Source: Salinispira sp.
GTDB taxonomy: Bacteria; Spirochaetota; Spirochaetia; DSM-27196; Salinispiraceae
Direction of reading: 5' to 3'
NCBI GenBank assembly: GCA_965602015.1
Contig: OZ271918.1
Location: forward strand, 704,001-768,000
DNA length: 64,000 nucleotides
Below are positions 54,545 to 64,000 of this stretch, piece by piece. The stretch's first letter is position 1. Each line of letters begins with the position of its first letter. A model generated the notes under the pieces. That model saw only the letters and a program-made list of their open reading frames with translations. It searched no databases and was not told the DNA's origin. The position numbers and the translations under genes are program-made.

Positions 54545-55585
54545 TCAAAGCCCGTAGAATCCGTGGCCGATTGCGGTGCCGAAGACCAACACGGCACCGG
54601 GTTTGCGCAAATTGCGGGCGGCAGCAGCGCCGTCGTGCCAGCTGGTGACAGCGGGCCGCTGCCCGGCAATCTCTTCCCAGAGATCGGCGGTTAGCCGGTT
54701 AAAATCCCTGTCGATCATCCGCAGCTTGCAGTATCCTCCCCGGTGGTTCTCGATGAATTGCCCTCCATCGAGATATGCCGCCAGGCTGATTGCAATGCCC
54801 GGCGGCGCTCCTCCTGGATTGCGGGAATACTGCTGGTGAAAAAACTCCAGGGATAAGCGGTAACGACTCAGGACCTCCCGGGCATAGGCGAGGTCCCAGC
54901 CCTCATGGGCTGCGTTGATGCCCATGGGGAAGCGCGTAAATACAATGTTTGTTCCGGCGACCATCGATTTGGCGGCCGAGTGGCCGTAGTCCAGCACCAG
55001 GGTCCCGGCTTTCTGGCCCCGGGCTGCGCCGTGAATTGGCAATTCTGCGGGATTATCGGCCAGCAGTATCTGACGGTCGGCCAATTTCCATTCGTTGAGC
55101 AGCTCCCCGACGCCGCCGGCAATGCGCTTGCCGTCAAGCAACGCCAGGTAGCCGCCGCCCAGGAGGACCCGGGGACAAATCATCCATCCCCGGCGGATCT
55201 GTTCAATTCGGTCAATAGGCCCCTGGGGAGGGACGGGCCAGCGTGCATTGCCGCTCAATAGGCTGTGAAGCAGGGCTGCCAGCCGCCTGATGAACTCATT
55301 TTCTATTTGATGCCGGTCTTTACGCTGCGGTCGGGTTTCGAGGCTCTCCCGGGCATGCCTTACCGGGGCTGTCTGACAGAGGGCGTCTATTGCCCGGGAG
55401 CTAAGCAGATCTCTTCCCGCCCAGCCCCGGTAATTCGGAAACGGACAATTATCGCCCACAGTGACCCTATTGATGCTCGACTCTGGAATTGCTGCTATTG
55501 GGCTCATGAGTTGCCGGACTCTTCGGGGCAGCCGGGGCTGTCCGCGCCTACCGAGCTGACCCTTCATCGTCGCGGCCTTTAGCAA
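54545..55585 (-). CDS. Hypothetical ASKHA/ROK-fold protein, apparently circularly permuted
   Basis: VLLGGG and IHGAA occur before VLDYGHS, HDGAAAA and GTAIGHG; start uncertain. Confidence 0.62.
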   Translation of the reverse strand: MLKAATMKGQLGRRGQPRLPRRVRQLMSPIAAIPESSINRVTVGDNCPFPNYRGWAGRDLLSSRAIDALCQTAPVRHARESLETRPQRKDRHQIENEFIRRLAALLHSLLSGNARWPVPPQGPIDRIEQIRRGWMICPRVLLGGGYLALLDGKRIAGGVGELLNEWKLADRQILLADNPAELPIHGAARGQKAGTLVLDYGHSAAKSMVAGTNIVFTRFPMGINAAHEGWDLAYAREVLSRYRLSLEFFHQQYSRNPGGAPPGIAISLAAYLDGGQFIENHRGGYCKLRMIDRDFNRLTADLWEEIAGQRPAVTSWHDGAAAARNLRKPGAVLVFGTAIGHGFYGL

Positions 55586-56786
55586 TACCGCCGGACTCCC
55601 CGGGCATCAGCTTCATTTCCAGGTAATCAAAAATCTCCCGTTCAAGCAGGACCCGGCGGGCGAATTCCCCAAGGCGGGTATTACCCAGTAATGTGCCCAG
55701 CCCTCCGCTGCGGGCAGTTTCGAGCAGCTTCCCGTTCACATAATCAGGGGGAAGACTGCGGCGGCGGTTGAAATCCTTGCGTATTTCATCGAGCCATGCG
55801 GAGTAAGCCTTTGCGGCGGACTTGAGCCGTCGGGTGTTGACTCCCCGCATCGAGTACAACTCGACCATGTGCCAAAACAGAATGTGAAGTTCATCGGCGG
55901 GACCGAGCATTGTGCGATAGGCCCGGTGGGGGATGATTCCCGGCAGACCCAGTTCCTTCAGAACCCCCCAGGCCCGCTGATTGAGCTCTCCGGCATACCG
56001 GGCAAGCGGGCTGCCTGAAGAACGGTTTTCTCCGTACAGTCTTTCATAGAGGGGGATCAGGCCGGGGTCATGGTCTGCGAGCGCTGAAAAAAACCGGTCC
56101 TTCTGGCGTCCCGGTCTGAGGGTCAGTCCGCCGGGTATGATAAAATCCACACCCGACTCTTTTAGCGCGGAGAATAATCCGCTGATCTGATCTTCGGAAT
56201 CGCAGATGTCAGGCAGAAGGGGCATGGCCAAGACCCCGGTAACCGCGCCGGCTTCCTTGAAGGCCCTCAGGGCATGTACTCGATCTGCTATTGCGGACGC
56301 TCCGGGCTCAAAGCGGGCCCGAACCTGATCGTCAAGGGTGACAATGGACATCATAAAAATCAGCCCGGCGTCCCGGGCCACGGGTCCCCACAAATCGAGG
56401 TCGCGGACGGCCAGGGCGTTCTTTGTGGCGATTGCCGCCGGCTGGCCGGCGTCCCAAATTGCCCGGGCGCATTCCCTGGTCAATTTTAAATCGTTTTCTA
56501 TCGGCTGATAGATATCGCTGACTCCGGATCCGCCGGAGATTATTCCCTTTTCGCGAAGCTTCGACAGCTCGTTCGCCAAAAGTTCAGGGAGGTTGGTCCG
56601 GACGCTGATGTCTTCTTCGAACACCCCGTCCATGTAATATCGTTCAGCCCGTCCGTCGCAATACAGGCAGCCGTGCTCGCAATTCTGGTAGGGAGAAAAA
56701 CGGTAACGGGCGCACCAAAAGGGTTCGGCGGCCCGGTTTCGCGTGAGGGCCTTTTTCACATCCTTTTGGTGAACCCTGACGCTCAT
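55548..56786 (-). CDS. Radical SAM protein (SplB/Rv2578c-like family)
   Basis: SPYQNCEHGCLYC (CxxxCxxC), SDIYQPIE, ATKN and FEPGAS; start overlaps the GDPD stop. Confidence 0.88.
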   Translation of the reverse strand: MSVRVHQKDVKKALTRNRAAEPFWCARYRFSPYQNCEHGCLYCDGRAERYYMDGVFEEDISVRTNLPELLANELSKLREKGIISGGSGVSDIYQPIENDLKLTRECARAIWDAGQPAAIATKNALAVRDLDLWGPVARDAGLIFMMSIVTLDDQVRARFEPGASAIADRVHALRAFKEAGAVTGVLAMPLLPDICDSEDQISGLFSALKESGVDFIIPGGLTLRPGRQKDRFFSALADHDPGLIPLYERLYGENRSSGSPLARYAGELNQRAWGVLKELGLPGIIPHRAYRTMLGPADELHILFWHMVELYSMRGVNTRRLKSAAKAYSAWLDEIRKDFNRRRSLPPDYVNGKLLETARSGGLGTLLGNTRLGEFARRVLLEREIFDYLEMKLMPGESGGIAKGRDDEGSAR

Positions 56787-57613
56787 TCTCCGTTCTCCCT
56801 CCGCTTGCCCGGCCGATGCTGATCCCGGGGTCCGGTGCCGGCGACGATCCGCTTCACAGCCGATGAGAAAATAAAAGGATCGTCGCTGATAATCGCCCGG
56901 GCGCGGACGGGAAGCAGGGTGAATTCTTCCGGTCGGTTGACGGTCCAGAAGATCAGGGAAATCCGCCGAATAATAAACCAGAGAAACATGATCCGGCGCA
57001 GCGCCGGCCGGAGCCCGGTAAAAATCTGAACCGGCAGATGAACGGACCATGGTTTGACTCTGCGTACCGATTCCCGGATTCCCCGAAATCCCGAAGCCCG
57101 GTGTTCTTCCCCGATTAACAGGCCGCAGCGGTAGCCCGCCCGGGAAAAGGCGGGCAATAGTCCGTGGTCGAATGAGGATATGACGATAAAGAGCCGCGGG
57201 CGGTATGGTTCGAGAACCCGGTTGACAGCGCTAAAGTCCTCAGGGGCAAGGGTTTCGGCCTTCAGCTCAATGTTGACCGCCGGCCGCCGGCCCCCTGAGG
57301 CGAAGCCGGATGCCAGGTCCAAAACATCAGTCAGAAGCGGAGGACCCTTGCCGTCGCCGCAGTCCAGGGCTTCCAGTTCTTTTTTGCCTGCATTGCCGAT
57401 ATGTATTTCCCCCGGCGCTTCAGCGCAGGTCCGGTTTATGGTTTCGTCATGGATGACCCGGAAATTGCCGTCTCCGTCCTTCTGGATATCCAGCTCGATT
57501 CCGTCGGCTCCGTCTTCCAAAGCCTTTGTGAATGCCAGAACGGTATTTTCCGGATAGCGGGCCGAAAGCCCGCGGTGGGCCCACAGTTCGGGCTTTGATC
57601 TCCTGCGCCGCAT
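56783..57613 (-). CDS. Glycerophosphodiester phosphodiesterase
   Basis: AHRG, PENT, IELDI, IHD, NIELK, SSFD and WTVN. Confidence 0.92.
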   Translation of the reverse strand: MRRRRSKPELWAHRGLSARYPENTVLAFTKALEDGADGIELDIQKDGDGNFRVIHDETINRTCAEAPGEIHIGNAGKKELEALDCGDGKGPPLLTDVLDLASGFASGGRRPAVNIELKAETLAPEDFSAVNRVLEPYRPRLFIVISSFDHGLLPAFSRAGYRCGLLIGEEHRASGFRGIRESVRRVKPWSVHLPVQIFTGLRPALRRIMFLWFIIRRISLIFWTVNRPEEFTLLPVRARAIISDDPFIFSSAVKRIVAGTGPRDQHRPGKRRENGE

Positions 57614-58938
57614 CAGTCCCTTGCCGCCGCTGTCGATGCGTCTGCCGGGCCGCCGGAGGACGCAGCAGCCTCACCACGGCGCACGAAGCTCATAATGACC
57701 AGAGCGAGCAGGAAAAACAGCGCGGCGAAAAACAGCAGCGATACATAGCCCTCCGGTCGGCTCCCGTTGGCGGTAAAAATATCCATGACCGCTCCCCCCA
57801 GGGGAGGTGCGACGATGTTCGCCGCCTGGGAAAAGAAATAATAGAGACCGGTATAGCCTCCGATTTTTTCCGCAGTTGTCATGTCCACAACCATGGGAAG
57901 CGAGTTGACATTAACGAAAGCCCAGGCTCCGCCGGCCAGGGCGAACAGAATTGCCACAGGCAAAAAAGTGGTAAAAAAGACCGCGGTTACCAAAAGGACA
58001 ATGAGGAGAAGCAGTCCCAGCCGGATGGTCTTGCGTCTTCCGATTCCCGATCCGATAAAACCTGCAGGAATGGAAAACAGGATAAAAAACGCAGAGTAAA
58101 TTCCCAGAATCAGTGCTCCGGTAGATTCTTCAAGGCCCATGTAAAACTTGGCATAGCTGGTGAAAAAGGTTTCAACGGCGTTGAAACCGACGAACCAGAG
58201 GAAAATCGCCAGAAGTATAAACAGCAGGCTTTTCTCCCCCTTGATGACGTCCCGCAGATTATCCGTCAGTTCGGCGATGGTGGCTTTTATGGATATGCGC
58301 TTGTTTCCGTCGGAATCCCCATTTGCGAACGCGTCTGCCTCCGCCGGGTCGGATCGGTCTTCCTTTACGCTTATTACCACGATCATGCTTGCGGTGAACA
58401 TTATCAGGCCGGCGACGATGAACGGCAGGCGGATGTCCGCGTCATACAGGGGCTTGCCTCCGAAGTATACAAGCAGCGCTCCCACTCCCCCCATAAAATT
58501 GATAATTCCGTTTGCCTGGCTGCGGTACTGGCTGGGAGTGATGTCGGGCATCAGGGCAATTACCGGTGAACGGAACAGCGCCATAGAGAGATTCATGAGG
58601 ATTACCGTGAGCATCATCAGCCCGAGGCTTTCCCAGATATTGGCGAAGGGAATCATAATAAAAAACAGCATGGCCAGCGGAGCGCCTAGCAGAAGATACG
58701 GACGCCGCCGCCCGATGCGGGTATGGGTCCGGTCGCTCAAGGCCCCTAAAAACGGCAGGAGAATAATGGCGAAGATATTATCGATGGTCATTACCGTTCC
58801 GACCAGGGTGAAGGGGAGGGAAAAGCTGTCGCGCAAAAACACCGGAACATAGGCATTGTACATCGACCAGATCATCGAAATTCCGAGAAATCCGAAACCG
58901 ATAAGAAAGGTTTTTTTCTGGCTGAATGAGCTGCTCAT
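57613..58938 (-). CDS. MFS sugar transporter (maltose/SLC45-like)
   Basis: GALSDRTHTRIGRRRPY and ALMPDITP; 12 TM helices. Confidence 0.9.
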   Translation of the reverse strand: MSSSFSQKKTFLIGFGFLGISMIWSMYNAYVPVFLRDSFSLPFTLVGTVMTIDNIFAIILLPFLGALSDRTHTRIGRRRPYLLLGAPLAMLFFIMIPFANIWESLGLMMLTVILMNLSMALFRSPVIALMPDITPSQYRSQANGIINFMGGVGALLVYFGGKPLYDADIRLPFIVAGLIMFTASMIVVISVKEDRSDPAEADAFANGDSDGNKRISIKATIAELTDNLRDVIKGEKSLLFILLAIFLWFVGFNAVETFFTSYAKFYMGLEESTGALILGIYSAFFILFSIPAGFIGSGIGRRKTIRLGLLLLIVLLVTAVFFTTFLPVAILFALAGGAWAFVNVNSLPMVVDMTTAEKIGGYTGLYYFFSQAANIVAPPLGGAVMDIFTANGSRPEGYVSLLFFAALFFLLALVIMSFVRRGEAAASSGGPADASTAAARD

Positions 58939-58975
58939 GGAAACCGCCTCGTAATAAAGATTCGGCGGCGGGGAA

Positions 58976-59590
58976 TTAGGAAATTCCGATTACCGCCCGT
59001 ACCCCATCAATAATAAACTGAATTGCCAGAGATGCCAGCAGCAATCCTAAAAGTCGTTTGAAAACCGAGTTCGCCGTGCGGCCTGCAATTTTAATGAGAC
59101 GGGTTGAGGTGAGAAACATAACGAGGGTTACGCCGTATACAACCAGAATAGCGGCGAAAAGGGCGGTCAGAGTTGAGAGGGTATGAGCCGACGTGGAAAA
59201 CTGCAGCACTGTAAAGGTGAGGGCTCCGGGTCCGGCGATCATTGGTATACTCAAGGGGTAGACCGAAATGTCCCTTGGTTCGTCACCGTGGATTTTGGGG
59301 CGGTTGTCATCGTCGGGATGTACAATCATGCCAAAGGCTGTGTGGAAAAGCAAAATCCCACCGGTGATGCGGAAAGCATCCATGCTAATGTTCAGCCCCT
59401 CCAGGACCGCCGAACCAAACAGACCAAAGAGGGTCACCAGTCCCTGTGAAATCAGCACGGCTTTTACTGCCATACTCACTGCATAGGAACGCTTGTGGCC
59501 GTCGGTGAGGGCGTGGAAAATAAGCGAGACCCCTATGGGATCGACAATGACGAAAAAACCGGCAAATGCCGTGATAAACAGGGTGAGCAT
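58976..59590 (-). CDS. MarC family membrane protein
   Basis: VDPIG, FRITGGILL, PLSIPMIAGPG and RLLGLLL. Confidence 0.9.
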   Translation of the reverse strand: MLTLFITAFAGFFVIVDPIGVSLIFHALTDGHKRSYAVSMAVKAVLISQGLVTLFGLFGSAVLEGLNISMDAFRITGGILLFHTAFGMIVHPDDDNRPKIHGDEPRDISVYPLSIPMIAGPGALTFTVLQFSTSAHTLSTLTALFAAILVVYGVTLVMFLTSTRLIKIAGRTANSVFKRLLGLLLASLAIQFIIDGVRAVIGIS

Positions 59591-59662
59591 GGCACTGTTG
59601 TATCACAATGCCATGCGACGGACAATGGCGGCAGCTCATGTCTGTCAGCCGCTGCCCGCCTG

Positions 59663-60622
59663 TCAGCCGCCGGTGGTTTTCCAGGGTACGGTTGTGAGAT
59701 TTTTAGCCCTGCGGATGCTTTCGGGAAGGGATCTGCTGATGTGTTCTTTTAGATGGGCGAGCAGCGAATGGCGGATAAAGCCCGGGTGCCGGAGAATCCC
59801 GATATCCCTCGCCGGAGCAGGACTCGCCAGTGGTAGAATATGGCATTTCGATTCACGATTCTCGCCGGAGGCGGCGAGCTCCGGAATGAGTGTATAGCCC
59901 AAACCCCGCTCGACCAGCAGCTTCAGGGATTCCAGGCTGCCCGATGCAAACTCCAGGGCATTGCTCCGGCGACGTTCGGGGATTTTGCAGAGGTCGATTA
60001 TCTGATCTCTCAGGCAATGTCCCTCGGTCAACAACAGCATTCCCTCCCAGCCGAGCCGCCTGATGTCTACCCGCCCGGCGGGTGTCTTGCCGTCTCCGTA
60101 TGCGAAGCCCGGCGGCAGGTAGGCGTAAAATTCTTCTAAAAAAAGCGATTCTTCCACCAGACCGGATGTACCGGAGGGGAGGGCGAGAATGCCGATGTCC
60201 AGGCGATCGGCGCGAATGCCCTCTATGATATCGTCGGAATTAATCTCCGAAACGCTCATTTTCAAATTCGGATGGGCCGAGATGAAGTCGCCCAGGAACC
60301 GAGGCAGCAGGTAGGGTCCGAGGGTAGGGATAATGCCGATGCGCAGCGATCCGCCAAGGCTTGAGCGTTGCTCAGCGGCCATGACCGGTATGGCCTGCAT
60401 AATCTGCAGGGCTTCCCGAGCCTGACGGAGAATGTCCCTGGCATCGGCGCTGGCCCTCATGGGCCTGGCCGCCCGATCGATGAGAACTACCCCCAGCTCA
60501 TCTTCCAGTTTTGCAATCTGGGCGCTCAAGGTGGGCTGGGTGACATTGCAGTCTTCCGCCGCGGCGGTGAAGCTGCCCCGGTCCGCAACGTTGATCACAT
60601 ATTCCCATTGCTGAATAGTCAT
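59663..60622 (-). CDS. oxyR: Hydrogen peroxide sensor OxyR (LysR family)
   Basis: LysR HTH (VTQPTLSAQI); GIIPTLGPYLLP; EGHCLRDQIIDLC has two Cys with the C199/C208 spacing. Confidence 0.88.
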   Translation of the reverse strand: MTIQQWEYVINVADRGSFTAAAEDCNVTQPTLSAQIAKLEDELGVVLIDRAARPMRASADARDILRQAREALQIMQAIPVMAAEQRSSLGGSLRIGIIPTLGPYLLPRFLGDFISAHPNLKMSVSEINSDDIIEGIRADRLDIGILALPSGTSGLVEESLFLEEFYAYLPPGFAYGDGKTPAGRVDIRRLGWEGMLLLTEGHCLRDQIIDLCKIPERRRSNALEFASGSLESLKLLVERGLGYTLIPELAASGENRESKCHILPLASPAPARDIGILRHPGFIRHSLLAHLKEHISRSLPESIRRAKNLTTVPWKTTGG

Positions 60623-60651
60623 ATAGACAGTATCTATCAGATTAAAAATAG
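60623..60651. promoter_or_regulatory. OxyR-type binding site
   Basis: ATAG-ACAGTAT-CTAT at 60623-60637 directly abuts the oxyR start codon; a further ATAG lies at 60648. Confidence 0.65.
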
Positions 60652-60690
60652 GATCAACTTCGTCCATATGCCGCTATTCCAGTCGGCGGA

Positions 60691-61653
60691 TTACATGCCG
60701 GTACTCATGCCGGGATTCCGGGTCCATGCTTCCAGCTCCGGCTGTGAAGCGTATACAAAGTGTCCATTTCTGACTTCCCTCCAACCGGGCTGCTCATTAT
60801 CGTAGTCATGCAGATCCGGGCGGTACACCAGCAGCTCGCGCTTCCTTTGGGCCCGGGGGTCGGGCACCGGAATTGCCGACAAGAGGGCTCGGGTGTAGGG
60901 ATGCAGGGGATTGGAAAACATTTCTTCGCTCCTTGCCAGTTCGACAATCCGGCCCTTGTAGATTACGGCGATTCGGTCCGAGATGATTTTAACCACCGAG
61001 AGGTCGTGTGCGACAAACAAGTAGGTCAGACCGTGGGTTCTCTTTAATTCATTCATCAGATTGAGGATTTGGCTTCGGATCGATACATCCAGGGCGGAAA
61101 TCGGTTCGTCGGCGATGAGCAGCTTTGGCCGCATTACCAGCGCCCGGGCTATTCCGATGCGCTGCCGTTGACCTCCGGAAAATTCATGGGGAAAGCGCGA
61201 TGCAAACTCCGCCAGGAGTCCAACCTCGGACAGGGCTTTTTCCACCTTGTTCTTCCGGTCCTGCTCGTTTTTGTAGAGTTTGAAGTTGTGAAGACCCTCA
61301 GAAACGATGTAATCCACCTTCGCCCGTTCATTAAGGCTGGCCATGGGGTCCTGGAATATCATTTGAATCTTCTGTCTGAGCTGTTTCTGCCGCTTGCCGC
61401 TAAGCCTTCCGCTGATCGATTGGCCATCGTAGAGAATATCTCCGTCGGCGGGCTGATGGATGCCCATAACGGTCCGCCCGATGGTGGTCTTGCCGCAGCC
61501 CGATTCTCCCACCAGCGAGAAGGTCTCTCCGGGGTAAATATCGAAACTGACATCCTTGACTGCCCGGAAACTGCTTCGTCCCAGCTTGAAATCCACACTC
61601 AGTTTGCGGACCGAAAGCAGGGCCTCTTTGGTTTTTTCTTGAATATCAGCCAT
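60691..61653 (-). CDS. oppF: Oligopeptide ABC transporter ATPase
   Basis: GESGCGKT, IFQDP, FSGGQRQR, DEPISALD and HPYT. Confidence 0.92.
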   Translation of the reverse strand: MADIQEKTKEALLSVRKLSVDFKLGRSSFRAVKDVSFDIYPGETFSLVGESGCGKTTIGRTVMGIHQPADGDILYDGQSISGRLSGKRQKQLRQKIQMIFQDPMASLNERAKVDYIVSEGLHNFKLYKNEQDRKNKVEKALSEVGLLAEFASRFPHEFSGGQRQRIGIARALVMRPKLLIADEPISALDVSIRSQILNLMNELKRTHGLTYLFVAHDLSVVKIISDRIAVIYKGRIVELARSEEMFSNPLHPYTRALLSAIPVPDPRAQRKRELLVYRPDLHDYDNEQPGWREVRNGHFVYASQPELEAWTRNPGMSTGM

Positions 61654-62709
61654 TACCGCCCTCCCGGTACCGTTCTCTGAGATGCCGGACACTGTCCGGC
61701 GGCGTCACCTCCGGAGCCCATTCATGGAGCAACCAGGTTTTCGCCCTGTGGGTATCGCTGAGGCTGAACCAGGGCGGACTTTTTTCGAAGTCGATTTTTA
61801 GCGCATAAGGATTGCGCGGTGCGAAGGCATCTCCCCTGATGTCCATATAGAGGTTGGGGGGCGTTCCCTTTATGCTGAACAGTTCGACGCCCGGCTGTCC
61901 GAGCTGGGGCATGCTCGACAATAGCGCCCAGGTGTAGGGGTTGCGGGCATCGTAGAATACTTCTTCGGTTGTACCGATTTCGATTATTTCCCCACCGTAC
62001 ATGACTGCGACCCGGTCGGCCATTTGCGCCACGACTCCCAGATCATGGGTGATAAAAATCATGCTCATTCCCATGTCGCGCTGCAGGCTCTGAAGAAGTT
62101 CGAGTATCTGGGCCTGGATGGTCACATCCAGCGCCGTCGTAGGCTCATCGCAGATGAGTATTTCCGGCTGGCAGGCGGCGGCGACGGCGATGACCACTCG
62201 CTGGCGCATGCCGCCGGAGAACTCGTGGGGGTATTGCCGGTAGCGCAGCTCGGCGTCGGTGATGCCCACCCTCCGAATCATTTCGACGGAGGCGGCCCTT
62301 GCCTGTTTCTTGTCCAATCCGCGATGCAGACTGATCACCTCCCGGATTTGCTCGCCGATGGTTTTGAGGGGATTGAGGGCCGTCATGGGGTCCTGGAAAA
62401 TCATGGCGATTTTTTTGCCCCGGATTCCCATCCAATCGTCCTCTTTGCCCCCGCCAGTTCGTTCCCCCTGTACCTGATCGAACCGCCGGTGACCCGTCCG
62501 TTTTTATCGAGCATTCCCACCAGGGATTTGGTCATCACTGATTTTCCCGAGCCCGACTCGCCGACGATTGCCAGGGTCTCGCCTTCCCCTAGTTCAAAAT
62601 CTACCGAGCGCACGGCCTTGAGCTGCCTGCCCCGGACATCGAAGGCCACCGAGAGATTCTCTACCTCTAATAGTGCCGGGGATTTTCCCCGGGTGCTTTC
62701 TGAAGTCAC
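61646..62709 (-). pseudogene. oppD: Oligopeptide ABC ATPase OppD, frameshifted near 62445 (mutation or sequencing error)
   Basis: Walker A GESGSGKS is in ORF 62401-62709; Q-loop, FSGGMRQR and DEPTTALD are in ORF 61646-62431. Adding one base around GGGGGCAAAG joins them. Confidence 0.88.
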
Positions 62710-62718
62710 CGCTGTCTC

Positions 62719-63645
62719 CTACTGGTGGTTTTTCGGATCCGACGCATCGGCAAATTTACTCCCGGTGATGTAAAACGAGATGGTAATAAATGCCAGGACC
62801 ACAGTCGGCCAGGTGAGCTGATAGGGATAGAGCATAAAATTGCTCCTGCCCTGGTTTACCATGTTTCCCAGGCTCACAGTGTCGAGGGGAAGCCCCAGAC
62901 CGATAAATCCGAGAAACACCTCCGAGCCGATTGAGTAGGGAATGGTCAAGGCGGTCTGCATGATGATGATACTCACCAGAAATGGAATGATATTTTTCCG
63001 CAGTATCCGCCACAGCGGAGTGCCCAGGGTCTGGCTGGCAATGTTGTACTCGGCCTCCCGCAGGGATATGACCTTGTTCCTGATGAACCGGGCAATGGTT
63101 ATCCAGCCCCGGCTCGACAGGGCAATGACGATTGTCCAAAAGCTCGGCTGCATAATATATGAGAGCAGGATGAGATAGACTGTCGACGGAATGTTGGTTA
63201 TTACGTTGTACAGCTCGGTCATAAACCTGTCTATCTTTCTGACGTACCCCCACAGGGCGCCGGCGATGACCCCGATTCCCACATCCAGCAGGGCGATGGT
63301 GAAGGCGAGCAGCAGACTAGTGCGTGTTCCGTACCAGGTTCGGGCCCACATGCTCCGGCCCAGTGCGTCGGTGCCGAACAGCTGTCCGTTGCCCGGCCGT
63401 TGATTCCACATTGAACTGTCCAGGGAAACCTGGTTGGGGTCTCCCCCGGAAAAAACCGGGTACAGAAAACTCATGAGGGTGAACAGCACCATCAACACCA
63501 ACAGGACCATCGAGACCCGGTTTTTCATAAAGGTCCTGACGGTAGACCGCCAGTAGCTGTAGTTCGAGTATCCGATCAGTTCCGCCCGGTGGTCGCTGGG
63601 AGGCGCGAAGGCGAACAGGTCGCGTTTGAGCGAAATATCAGGCAT
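62719..63645 (-). CDS. oppC: Oligopeptide ABC permease
   Basis: FGTDALGR, GTRTSL and EYNIASQTLG (EAA loop). Confidence 0.9.
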   Translation of the reverse strand: MPDISLKRDLFAFAPPSDHRAELIGYSNYSYWRSTVRTFMKNRVSMVLLVLMVLFTLMSFLYPVFSGGDPNQVSLDSSMWNQRPGNGQLFGTDALGRSMWARTWYGTRTSLLLAFTIALLDVGIGVIAGALWGYVRKIDRFMTELYNVITNIPSTVYLILLSYIMQPSFWTIVIALSSRGWITIARFIRNKVISLREAEYNIASQTLGTPLWRILRKNIIPFLVSIIIMQTALTIPYSIGSEVFLGFIGLGLPLDTVSLGNMVNQGRSNFMLYPYQLTWPTVVLAFITISFYITGSKFADASDPKNHQ

Positions 63646-64000
63646 GATCCCCTCCTTTTTTCCTGCGCTTCTGGGAAAGGCGTATGCGGGGATCCACCAG
63701 AACCATCAGCATATCGCCGATGAACACCCCGAAAACTCCCAGTACCGAGTAGATCATGACCAGTATCTGCACAAGATTGTTGTCCTGCTGACGGATGGCG
63801 TATACCAGGAGTCCTCCCATCCCGGGAATTGAGTAAATGCTTTCTATAATAAGCGATCCCGCAATAGTCAGCAGAAGCTGTACCGGCAGATACTGCACCA
63901 GGGGCACTACCGCATTCCTCATGATGTGATGCCTCATGATGTATTTGCGGCTCAGGCCTTTTGAACGGGCGAAGGCGACATATTCGCGGTTTTCCTCATC
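63638..64000 (-). CDS. oppB: Oligopeptide ABC permease, C-terminal part only (5' end outside the window)
   Basis: EYVAFARSKGL, RNAVVP, GSLIIESIYSIPGMG and DPRIR. Confidence 0.88.
   Translation of the reverse strand, partial: DEENREYVAFARSKGLSRKYIMRHHIMRNAVVPLVQYLPVQLLLTIAGSLIIESIYSIPGMGGLLVYAIRQQDNNLVQILVMIYSVLGVFGVFIGDMLMVLVDPRIRLSQKRRKKGGDHA

Noticed and set aside
1..64000. CRISPR arrays, tRNA/rRNA genes, prophage or defence systems
   Set aside because: No regularly spaced repeats, cloverleafs, or phage, Cas or defence proteins were recognised by eye; a covariance-model scan was not possible.

Overview
A 64-kb, gene-dense bacterial chromosome segment with moderately high GC. The gene repertoire and lipoprotein signals suggest a free-living Spirochaetales member, which is an inference only. 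In order it holds: oxidoreductase, orphan ParA and YhdH genes; a 266-bp direct duplication bracketing an AT-rich insert, with an IS21 (istB nonsense-mutated) inserted in the second copy; a 7TM histidine kinase and REC-PP2C pair; a four-gene beta-oxidation operon; a c-di-GMP phosphodiesterase; a pelD-E-F-G-like exopolysaccharide operon divergent from a large CBM-like/TPR/beta-rich PelB-like gene and a MATE gene; an HDOD gene; a speA-CASDH-nspC-speB polyamine operon; a PilZ gene; an adenylate cyclase/HEAT/hypothetical/degenerate serine-dehydratase cluster; housekeeping genes (rph, hisI, prs, PPase, aspartate kinase); an MFS-GDPD-radical SAM-permuted ROK-like operon; oxyR; and an opp operon with frameshifted oppD. 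No rRNA, tRNA or CRISPR array was seen. The best leads are the non-canonical Pel-type system inside a signalling and polyamine neighbourhood, an apparent Fe-S serine-dehydratase pseudoenzyme, and an apparently circularly permuted ROK-fold protein. All family calls are by-eye motif recognition; no searches were run.
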